NCBI GenBank assembly: GCA_016748015.1
Contig: JAAOMT010000213.1
Span: forward strand, 340,485 to 404,484
DNA from: Geosiphon pyriformis uo1
Taxonomy: Eukaryota; Fungi; Glomeromycota
Direction of reading: 5' to 3'
Length of the DNA stretch: 64,000 nt
A program made the translations under genes and the position numbers. Below, piece after piece: positions 13,020-24,283 of the stretch; within the stretch, counting starts at the first letter, position 1, and every line of letters starts with the position of its first letter. Below the pieces are notes generated by a model. It was not told where the DNA came from. It saw nothing but the letters and a program-made list of their open reading frames with translations, and did not search any database.

Positions 13020-13889
13020 TGTTACTCCTAGAATATAGGAAATATAGTATTATTAGTCAGTAGATATTAGCCAATCAGATGTAAATGTAGTAAATGTGGA
13101 ATTCCAAGATTTCTCTCAGAAGAATTGCAGGATTTCAGGAATTTCAGGATTTTTCAACAAAAAATTACAGAATTCCTGTCACAAGGAATTGAGGACTTGA
13201 GAAATTTTAAATATGTATATATAGTAGTAGCATTAGAAGCAGAAAAGACAGAATTGACATTAAGAATTCTTAACTGAGTTATCACAATTCTCAAATAAAT
13301 AATTATTCACTATATTAAATTTATTCTTCACTATCAACACTTCATGTTGATAGTAACTGATACTTAACCATACTGGAACAATAGCTCTTGATCAGAGCTA
13401 TTGATGGGATACTAACTTGCAAATTGCCTTGACTTATTTTTTATTTTATTTTTTATCTTTCTCTATTTTCTTTGTTGTCTACTAACTTGATTAAAGGATT
13501 TACTCTTAAAAGACTTACAAAGGGATAAAACTTACTTAAAAAATACTTACTCTTGGAAAACTTATGGAGGAATAAACTTGCTTAAACAATACTTACTCTT
13601 AGAGGACTTATAGAAGAACTGACATCAGAAAACAGCACTGATATATACTTATGGAGAATATCATACCAGAAGAATCATCAACCATCCAGCTGAGCAATCA
13701 ATTGACGAAACTATGGTTTTAGAAAACTACTGATAAACTGTTACCATTGAATCTCTGTCTATTATACAAAGAACTTGATTGGAAAATCTTCAGATAAAAT
13801 ACCTTCAGATTATCATCATTACCAATTACTTTGTACACCAAGTTACAGGTTTGTTATTCACTCAACATCCCAAAGACTCATCTGTAACA
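13020..13889 (+). repeat. 5' LTR of element B (870 bp)
   Basis: TGTTACTCC...TGTAACA; colinear with the 3' LTR; internal ~46-bp tandem repeats at ~13500-13620. Confidence 0.96.
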
Positions 13890-13891
13890 TT

Positions 13892-13908
13892 TGGTGCTCC
13901 CTGTGAGG
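13892..13908 (+). promoter_or_regulatory. Primer-binding site of element B (TGGTGCTCCCTGTGAGG)
   Basis: TGG 2 nt after the LTR end. Resembles the complement of eukaryotic elongator tRNA-Met 3' ends (assignment tentative). Confidence 0.85.
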
Positions 13909-13909
13909 T

Positions 13910-16900
13910 ATAATCTTACAGAGAACTAGCACCAACAAGAACAAACCAAAAGTGGCAGAATCAGAAAATATAGGAGCAAACCATTTAGGATTCACAAAAT
14001 CCTTGTTTTAACAATACAACCAACAATTAGGATTAAACAGTAATCATTATCCAGCCAAATCAGCCTTCAACTTCTATGTTAATGACAAAATCACTGAATG
14101 CTTAAGAGGAACAGTTAACATTGAAGCAACAAGAGAAAACTTTTACACAAAATTATTCCAACACACCAACTTACCAAGGAACTATAGTTTCATACCAATA
14201 ATCAGAGAAATCAACCAAATTATTGAAAGGTACACTCTACAACAATTTCCTATCACCTACACAGATAAAGACAAAGGAAGATTACAAACACCAGCAGTAA
14301 TGTCTAAAGAGATACAACTACCAACTTGGAAAAAACAAAGAATTGAATCCCCACCATATCCATCATATCATCACACATCCGGAAGCACTATCAATATTTT
14401 ATTTGCAGGTGCGTTTACACCAAACATGACATCAACATTTGGATGATTCTTATTTCAAAGTAAACAAAGGAAAGTAGAGTTATTGAGACCATATGGTGAA
14501 TATTTTGAGGGATTTAAATTGCAATCACCAACGCCATTAGAAATTCGATTACTACCACCTCCACCAGATTTTGGAATCTCTGATCTGTGGGAGATAATAG
14601 AATCAAAAGAAGAGGAAAAAGAAGAAACTGAGAATCAAGAATTCACTTACCAGAACCTGATTACTGAAAACCCGGAATTTGAAAACCCGAATCTTCAGAA
14701 CCAGCAAAATTTAAATTCAGTAAATTCGGAAGTTGAAACTCCAAATATTTAGACACTGCCAACTTAGGATAATTGAAACCCTGATCTAATTAATCAACCA
14801 AACTTATCTCCAGTAATCATTATTGATCAACCACCAATTAATCCAATAGCCAAACCCATACAGTAGCTACTTCAACTACCACCTCAACAAAATCAACAAT
14901 CATTTCAACAACCACCACAACCACCCAACTTAGATCCAATGGTCTACACACCAATTGCAAAACTGGATAATTTTACCAGCGAAGAGGACGATGCTCAAGT
15001 ATAGCTAAACAATGTGGAAAAAGTCATCGCAGCCAATAGATGAAATGATGCCCAAACAATGCAAGCTATTCCTTATTTTCTCAAAGATACTGCCAATTTA
15101 TGGTATCAGAGCTTGATCAATAAACCACAAGACTTCAATGCCTTCAAAGTAAAATTCTTAAGATACTTTAGCAACAATAACAGTATCAACTGCCTAGTCA
15201 ATACATTCACTACTATAAAGCAAGGAGAAACTGAGACAGTCACCACTTATCTGGGATGCTTCCATAGAAATCTGTGCCAGATCTAGGCTATTGATGCCAA
15301 CTATTTCACAGTGCCACAGATCCTCAACCAGTTTATCTGTGGTCTGCGCAGCAGCATTTTGCAACATGTACGCCCATTGCATCCAGGCATCTTTCAAGAT
15401 ACAGTCACATGCACCAGAAATTTTGAATCAGCTAAGTCTGAGGCCAATCACATCCAAGCTGTTAATCTAGTGATGAACAGATCATCTGAATTGGACTCCA
15501 AATTGAAACAATTCAGTGATTTAATTAATCAGAAATTAGAAGGATACTTAGCTGACAATCACACAATTTATTAACCACCTCAATGATGCAGCAATTCAGG
15601 AAACTACAATTGTTCCCAAAATCAAGTGCATTCCTCAATATCAGCCAATTAGCAGTGGTAGCCAGAGACACGTGTCTGTCACAACTGTGGTAAACAAGGG
15701 CACATCAAAGCAAACTGTAATGCTTATAACCACCAGTGATCGGAAAATCAATATAGAAACCCCAATTACCAATTTCAAACTCCAAGATATTAACAAAATT
15801 AGGAACAATATCAAAACACTTACCTGCCAATGATGCAGCAGCCAATTTACCAAGCACCAGTCTATCAGACTCCAGTTTATTAACCACATCCACCAGCAAT
15901 ATATCAACCGCAGCCACTCATAATATATTAGCCACAGCCACAAGTAATCTATCAACCCCAATCAATTCAGACACTGCCCCAAAATTCAGTTAATATGACA
16001 TCAGGCCACCCCAGACCTAAAAGCACACAAAACTGGAGATCGGCAATGGTTGTTCACCAACCAATTCCCAGTTTTCCAACTCATCATCAGGATTGTATTC
16101 TTGGAATTTGGGTACCAATGCCACCCAAAACCCAAATTCTCAGAACTATTTAAGTCTCCTGATTACCCCAGAAAACACCACCACCAACAATTTGGGATCC
16201 AACCAACAACAAGCACTTACCAACAATATTCTACCAGCAACTGTCACCAATGACAAATTGCTCACGGCCATTTTTCCCTTCGACTTGGAAGAAACAATCA
16301 AAATTTCATTATTTAGTGGAGCAGCTCTGGAAGAAAAGCCAATCACCATTGTTACCGGAGGTTTTTGGTCTCTTCTTAGCTCTTGTATGTTTGTTGTAAT
16401 GCTGTTAATTCACAATTATGGAAAGTGTTTGAACCTCCAATAACTGAATTTATCTTCAAATTATCTCCTATAATTTGAACTGCTGGGCTTATAAGTGAAA
16501 TGGCCAATTCCATGCCAGTTACTTTGTATAGTTACATTGTAGTAAACGTCAACTCTTTCCCAGGAATTGCTTGTCTGAAAGCTTACTAAAAATGTGTAGT
16601 TACTTTGCTGTGAAAGTCAACTTTTTTATAGGAATTCTTGCCTGTAGACTACTCAAATAATTTATAATAAGAAAAGAAAGAGAATAAAAGAAATATAAAA
16701 GAAAAAATAAAACTGATAATTTATAAAAGTCATTTCGAATCCAGGTCTGGAAGTGCTTTAACAGTCTACTGAAATTGGTAGCTAATCAATTTCAAACTGT
16801 TAGTAGGAATTGGTTAATTTCAAGAAAAATAATTGAAGAATTTGGTTTTTTTCAAATTTATTTGATATTTATTTTGTTTTTGTGTGTATAAAGGATGATT

Positions 16901-19900
16901 CTAATTATTAAATCTGAAGTAAGATACATTTTCTTGAAGAGAGAAGCTCTTTTTTTATACAACTTGTTATAATACTATTCTATGAACTTGAACTTTGCTC
17001 TTTTCTACAATTTCGCTGAACTAAAAATACATTTCGGCAAACTACAAGTTATTTCTACAAACTATTAGATATTTTGGTGAACTATCAATTATTTTGGCAA
17101 ATTTTTACAAATTTCAGTGAACATTTGAATGTTATCTATTTCGGGGTATTGCATGATTGATCATCACACTTAGGTTACATTTGTGTTATGTACAAATTGA
17201 ATTATTAATTAAATGATAATTTCGGACATTTTGCTAATATAATAAGTAGTAATTTGAAATGATAATATATGCTAATTAATGATAAGATTTATAAGGTTAA
17301 TTTCATGCTAAACAATATCTCTAATTTTGTCTGGTAACACCGTCATTGTATACAGATGCCAAAATCAATGGCCACATCATCAAACTGATTTTGGATAGTA
17401 GATCAGCTGGCAGCATCATAACAAGACAACTTATGGATCAATTAGGTCGCTAAGTTGACTGGGCTGCCAGTGCAAGGATTATTACAGCTGATGAAGTGAT
17501 CAAAATTCCAATAGGCAAAATAGACAACCTACTTATTGAAATTAACGGCATCATAATACCCATCAAAGTCCTTGTGATGAAAGCCACTCAGTACCAAGCT
17601 CTTGTTGGAAATGATTGGCTATCCAAAACAAACACCATACTTGATTGGATGACGCAAGAGCTTCAACTAAGCCAAAACAGTCAACATACTCGAGCACCAG
17701 CAGTATGCAACCACTTTAAACCAACCAACTCACAACCACTAATCAAACTTGAGAAGGAAACAAAGAAACCAACATGGGAAGCATATCAGATTTCGTGAGC
17801 TAATGTCGACCACAATGAACTGCCACTCATACTCGCCTGGGATGAAGATAACCATGGAAAAGGAAAGCAGAAAGAAGAACATACCTGGGAAACCACCATT
17901 GGCGCTTGGATTGATGACAACCAAAACGAGTTGCCACCTACACTAAGTTGGAAAGAAAAAGGAAAGGGAAAGAAAAGAGAAGACAACCTACCAGAGGAAA
18001 CTGAATCAACAAAAGACATCACTAGTGGCTGGACAAGTTTGTACTCTGTCCATAAGTCACTGCCACAACCACCATACATACCACTCAAATGCAAAGATTG
18101 TGGGAAGAAACTTTCTTTCATGGGAGCTTGGATCACACCAGACAAAAATTACTGAACACAAATCCACTATTATTGCAAGCCTTGTCATCGCAAATGATAT
18201 GGCTACCCAAAAAGACAGAGCAAGTGGAACAACAAACCATGTCTTGCTTGTGGTAAACAGTTGCTTGACAAAGGAATATGGAATGACATTCCTGGTCGAG
18301 AAGGAACATGTGACACTTCGTGCCAGTACACAATTCTCATCAACAACTGGGTAAATCGTGGTATGCCAATAACTGCTGCTTGGCACTGAGCAATCTCTCA
18401 CCTGAATGGATACCCACACAATGAAGATGAGATCTGGCAGATGGCAAACACCAAAGTAGAAGGTGCCATGCCCAGCGAAATCTTGGAAATCAAGAACAAT
18501 TCTCCAGAACCAGTTAACATTATTCTAGTCCCCAATCCAGACACTTTCTTTGACATTAAAACCAATTCAAAAAACTTTCACGAACATTATCAAAATTTAG
18601 CACTGACCAGAGAAGAACAGGAAGAGCAATTAGCACAGCTAAACACTTGATTATGTGACCACTGTTTGATTCCATGTGACTTTCAATATTGTAATGAGTG
18701 TAATCTTATTTACAATCCACTGATCTGCATAATTTACATGATCCCAGAGGAAGAGAAACCAATCAGCAGCTGCACATTGGAATCAGAATTACTGTTTGAT
18801 CCTAATTCAAACTCTGACAATGATAATGATGAGAACACTGGTTCCAGCTTCGTTCAAATTGGCAATAACAATGATGATGATTCCAACTTAAATTCAAACT
18901 CTGACCCAAAATATGAACAATACATTGTACTGCCAGATCTCTCCAAAGAACAGGAGTTGAAATGGTATAGTGACAATAATGAAGGTATCATGCCAGAATA
19001 TGTACATGATAATGATGCTGGATTTGATCTAAGGTATCCAGGAAAAGATGCCATCAAATTGGAACCACATTCATGCACCTGTATTGATTTGAAAATAGCA
19101 CTGGAAATTCCAGCAACAATAATGGTTCAATTAGCATCTAGGAGTAGTTTAGCAAAAAGAGGGATTAATATAAAAGGAGGAATAATTGATGCAGAATATG
19201 TAGGAAATATTATTGCTATGCTACAAAATGACTCAGAAAAGACCTATATAATAGAGCTTAATGAAAAGATAGTACAGGCAATATTTCTGCCTTTGGTTAG
19301 AGTAGCTCAGTTAGTATCAATAAGAAAAAGGGAGGAATTAGGAATAATAGCAAGAGAAATACAGGGATTTGGATTAACAGATAGAATAGATGTACCAGTC
19401 AATATGACAGAAGAAGAAATTGTTGACCAAGGGGAAATTATCTCAATGGGTCAAACAATTTCTATTCCACCATATGGCCAGTACATAATAGGGATAAAGC
19501 AGGAAGTAAAAGAACAGAATCAGATTTTTGAAGCAGAACCAACCCTCTGTAAATCAAAAGAGATTGGACTCATCAATTTTTATATACCAGCCAAAGATTA
19601 CAGCCACATCAAAATTTCCATCTACAATAACACAGGAAATGTCATAGTAATACCAGCCGGAACTACCATTGGATACTTAAGCACTGAAATAAAGGATTAA
19701 CTACCAAGCACCATTCCAGACTTTCCACAGCTTTGTGAATATGTTAATATTATATCACAAATGATATATAGATGAAGCAAATATTATTTGCTCCAACCAG
19801 AACAATTAGAACAAATAAACATGGGAAACTTAGATCCACTTCAATGTATGCAACTTAAGATGTTGCTCAACAATTTCAATAACATCTTTGCCAGCAAAAA

Positions 19901-21215
19901 TGAGTTTGGCCAAACTGATATCATCCAGCATCAGATCAAAACTGAAGATGCAATGCCAATTAAACAAAGAGCATACAGAGTACCACCAGCTAGCCACGAG
20001 ATTATCCATTAAGAGATAAACTGAATGCTTGATAACAGGCTAATTCAACCATCAATGAGCCTATGGTCATTACCAATGGTACTCATCTGGAAAAAGAATG
20101 GGAATATCCACTTTTGTGTGGATTATAGAAAACTCAATAGAGTAACTCATGGAGATAGCTACCCCACTCCATGAATCCAAAAATTATTTGATGCTTTCAG
20201 TGGAAACAAATAGTTTTCAACATTAGATCTAGACAGTGGTTACTGGCAAGTGGCCATGAATTCAGCCGACAAAGAAAAGATGGCATTCACCACCAGAGAA
20301 GGAAATTTTGAATTTAAAGTAATGCTATTTGGCTTAACCAATGCACTAGCCACTTTTCAATGGCTAATGAAAATTGTTTATATTGGCTTATTGTAGAAAT
20401 CAGTAATTGTATATTTAGACAACACCAATGTATTCTCAAAAACATTTGATGATCATCTTTATTATCTTTAACAAGTGTTCGAAAGACTAAGAAGAGCAGA
20501 ACTAAAGTTAAATGCAACAAAGTGTTTTTTCGGCAATACAGAACTAAAATTCTTGAGACACATAGTCAGCAAAGATAGCATCAAAATAGATCCAAAGAAA
20601 ATAGACATAGTAAAGAACTTTTCAGTGCTGACCAATATGACAGAACTAAAATCATTCTTGGAATTCACCAGCTACTATCGACATTTCATCAAAAACTTTT
20701 CCAAGATAGTGCAGCCACTTAACCAACTGCAAACCAAGAATACAAAATATGAATGGACAGAAAGTCAACAAGAAGCTTTTGATATTCTGAAAAGAAAGCT
20801 CATTCAAGCTCCAGTACTGATCTATCTAGATCACAGCAAACTATTCATCATTACCACCAATGCATCCGGCCAAGCATTGGGAGTGGTACTATCTCAGAGA
20901 GGATCAGACAGCAGAAAACATCCAATAGCATATACCAGCAGAGGTTTAACATCAGCCAAAAAGAACTATGGAACACTGGAACAAGAACACTTAGTGATAT
21001 ACTAGGCAGTCATAAAATGGAAAAAATACTTGAGCCAGAAGTTTGAAGTATACACAGATTATAAAAGATTAACATCATTTCAAAAACAAGAATTTGGAAA
21101 TGAAAGACAGTCAAGATAGAAAATGGCACTTGCACCATATAATTATACTATACATTATAAAAAGGAAAAAGACAATGGAAATGCTGCCGGTTTGTCGCAA
21201 ATAAGACAAATCTAA
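13910..21215 (+). pseudogene. Element B Gag-PR-Cys-rich-dUTPase-RT-RNase H polyprotein (interrupted by solo LTR 16350-17339)
   Basis: CCHC knuckle CHNCGKQGHIKANC at ~15677-15718; LILDSRSAGSII at ~17384; dUTPase AGFDL/LASRSS/GGIIDAEYVG/QGFG; RT YLDN; RH LEQEHL. Fragments from 17496 to the TAA at 21213-21215 are all in one frame. Confidence 0.93.
16350..17339 (-). repeat. Solo LTR of family A inserted in element B just upstream of the protease
   Basis: Colinear with 5745-6696. TGTTACCGG...CTGGTAACA termini; TSD CCAT/CCGT; host reading KPIT | ..YTDAKINGH resumes after it. Confidence 0.95.
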
Positions 21216-21277
21216 GAACATTTCAACCCAAAAATATAACAAAACCAGAACAATACCAACAAGAAATATAACAAAAG

Positions 21278-22660
21278 ATGAACATACAAAAATATCAACA
21301 ACTGCAACATTATATAAACACTCAACAGTTTAAGGAGAATTTATCTCAAATGGAATAAAAAAGTATCAAACAACAATCAAAATATTTTATCACTCACCAA
21401 AATATATTTTGTCGGAAAAATAGAAGAGATCTAAAGCAACCAACCAGAGTAATTACAAAGCCAGAAAAAGAGACAATATTATTCAACATGCACTCAAATC
21501 TAACAGCAGGACACTTTCACAAAGAAACAACTATGGAAAGAACCAGAAAAAGATATTATTGGCCATCAATGTATTCAGACATCATCCAATATGTTCAAAA
21601 TTGTGATGCTTGTTAGTGAAGAGGAGGTACAAAACCCAGTAAACCATTAAGACCAATCAAAGTGAAACAACCATTTGACCATATTGGAATTGATTTAGTC
21701 AGACCATTAACAATCACCAGTGAAGGAAACAGGTACATAACAGTAGCCATGGACTATCTCACTAAATGGCCAGAGGTAAAAGCAATTCAAAGAGTGGATG
21801 CAGAATCTGTTGCTGAATTCATTCATCAAGATTTAATTTGTCGACATGGATGTCCAAAGGAATTATTATCAGACTAAAGAACTCATTTTGTGAACAGAAC
21901 ATTAACAGAATTGAGCCAAAGATTCGGAATTAAGAAACCACTATCATTATCATACCATTTACAAACCAACAAATTAGTCGAAAGATTCAACAGAACATTA
22001 TGTGAAGCAATAGCTAAGCTCAGCCAAGAAAACCAGAACAGTTAAGATTTGTTGATATCATTAATACTATTTGCTTATCAGACAATGAAGCAAGATACTA
22101 TACAAGCAATACCATTTGAATTAGTATATGGTAAAACAGCAACACTACTAGTGAAAATAGAAGTCAGCACATATCCAACCAAACCAATAACAGAAGAGAA
22201 TTTCAAAAACACATTGTTGAGAAGAACATATGACTTAATGGAAACATTAGAAAACAAACAACAAAGAGCAGCTGATAACATACAAAAGTCACAAGAGAAA
22301 CAAAAAGAAAGACATGATAACCAACTACCAAATAAACCAGTTGAATTCAAGATTGGAGACAAAGTACTACTACATCATACCAAAGCGGAAAACCAATGGA
22401 GTGGAAAATTTGACCCCAAATGGGATGGACCATTTCACATAGAAGAAATTCTAGGAAATAGAGCTTACAAATTAAGATTGAATAACAAAATCTTGACCAA
22501 AGCAGTACATAGAGATCGACTGAAATCATATTACCATATAGCATCATCATTCACCAGTAATATTCCACAATTAGAAGTACAGAGAATACTAGTCCAACCA
22601 GATGAGATTCCACGAGATCTGGAACCAATCATTATCATTGACAACAACACGTTTAATTGA
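21278..22660 (+). pseudogene. Element B integrase, apparently a separate ORF (~460 codons)
   Basis: ATG at 21278. HHCC finger (MHS..AGH...CDAC), DDE core (IGIDLV, LLSD, VERFNRTL) and GPF/SH3-like C-terminus; no chromodomain. One frame throughout, different from the RT/RH frame. Confidence 0.9.
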
Positions 22661-22683
22661 TTAACAAAAGAATATATAAGAAC

Positions 22684-23343
22684 ATGGTCAACACGACAGA
22701 AGAGATCAGAAAAATGGAAATTACAGACAATATCTATTCACTAGCCCAACAAATTTTTTAATTAATCCAACACCAGGAAATAGAAATTACAATCAATCAA
22801 CAAACCATTCATTACAAAAATATGGCAAAGATACCACAAAACAAAGCACAGAAAAGACTTGAAAATATTGTTGACAAGATTATAACCAAGATAAAATTGG
22901 CTATAAAAGAACAACAAATAGTCAGATTATACCAAGAACTTACCAGAGAAACTTGGACTTAGTGGATACAACAATTTTCGAAAAACTATTATCATTTTCA
23001 CTTGGGACAACACATAAATATCCAGAATTTGTACACTGACAAAACAAAATGGTTATTTGACACAACAATATTGAGACAACTGGAACAATTTGTGGAAAAA
23101 AACAATCTAACCACACAAGCTCAAGCCATTTACTAGCTATATATGAGATTTCAAGACCGACCAGAAATCTTACTCAACACAGCAATGAATACAGTTACAA
23201 GTAATTAATTGGGAAAAATGATCAACACCTAATTTGAAGAACTACAAACTAAAATAACACAAGTAATACTCAAAAAAAAAGTTTAAGAAATAATTCAAGA
23301 AGAGGAATTAAAGGAATTAGATTTTGATGGAGCTCAATATTAA
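22684..23343 (+). pseudogene. Element B third ORF (219 codons, unknown function, env position but no TM/signal peptide)
   Basis: ATG 23 nt after the integrase stop. Single frame to the TAA at the PPT, with six internal TAA/TAG codons all explicable as CAA/CAG->T changes and no frameshifts. Confidence 0.7.
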
Positions 23344-23356
23344 AAGGAAGGAATAA
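23342..23356 (+). promoter_or_regulatory. Polypurine tract of element B
   Basis: AAAAGGAAGGAATAA immediately 5' of the 3' LTR. Confidence 0.85.
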
Positions 23357-24283
23357 TGTTACTCCTAGAATATAGAAAATATAGTATTATTAGTCAATAG
23401 ATATTAGCCAATCAGATATAGATATAGTAAATGTGAAATTCCAAGATTCCTCTTAGAGAAATTGCAGGATTCCAGGAATTTCAGAATTCTCCAACAAAGA
23501 ATCATAGGATTCCAAAATTCTAAGATTCCTCTCATCAGAAATCGCAAGATTCCAGAAATTCCAGGATTCCTGTCACAAGGAATTGAGAAATTAAGGAATC
23601 TCAAATATGTATATATAGCAGTAGTGTTAGAAGCAGAAAAAACAGAATCAACACTAGGAATTCTTAGTTGAGTTACCACAATCCTCAAATAAATAATTAT
23701 TCACTATATTAAATTCATTCTTCACTATCAACATTTCATGTTGATAGTAACTGATACTTAACTATATTAGAACAATAGCTCTTGATTACAGCTATTAATG
23801 GAATACTAACTTGCAAATTGCCTTGGCTTATTTTTTATTTTTTATTTTATCTTTCTTTATTTTCTTTGTTGTCTATTAACTTGATTAAAGGATTTACTCT
23901 TAGAGGACTTATAGAGGAATAAAACTTACTTAAAAAATACTTACTCTTGGAAGACTTATGGAGGAATAAACTTGCTTAAACAATACTTACTCTTGGAGAA
24001 CTTACGGAGGAACTGATGTCAGAAAACAGCATTGGTATACACTTATGGAGGATATTATACCAAGAAAATCATCAACCATTCAGCTGAGCAAGCAATTGAC
24101 AAAACTACAGTTTCAGAAAACTACTGATAAACTGTTACCATTGAATCTCTGTCTATTATACAAAGAACTTGATTGGAAAACCTTCAGATAAAATACCTTC
24201 AGATTATCATCATTACCAATTACTTTGTGCACCAAGTTACAGGTTTGTTATTCACTTGACACCCTAAAGACTCACTTGTAACA
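23357..24283 (+). repeat. 3' LTR of element B (927 bp)
   Basis: Colinear with the 5' LTR, plus ~57 bp of extra GATTCC/GAAATT-type repeats; followed by TSD CTGT. Confidence 0.96.

Larger units (their letters stand above)
13020..24283 (+). mobile_element. Full-length Ty3/Gypsy LTR retrotransposon, family B, degenerate
   Basis: Two LTRs (13020-13889, 23357-24283) with TGTTAC...GTAACA termini, a 4-bp TSD CTGT on both sides, PBS, PPT, gag-PR-dUTPase-RT-RH, integrase and an extra ORF. Confidence 0.97.

Noticed and set aside
22684-23343. ORF3 as a retroviral-type env gene
   Set aside because: No signal peptide, fusion peptide, furin site or TM anchor visible.
13910-23343. Alternative genetic code (TAA/TAG = Gln) to explain the in-frame stops
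   Set aside because: Host genes in the window terminate normally at TAA/TAG and lack internal stops; TE stops also include TGA from TGG/CGA, consistent with mutation.
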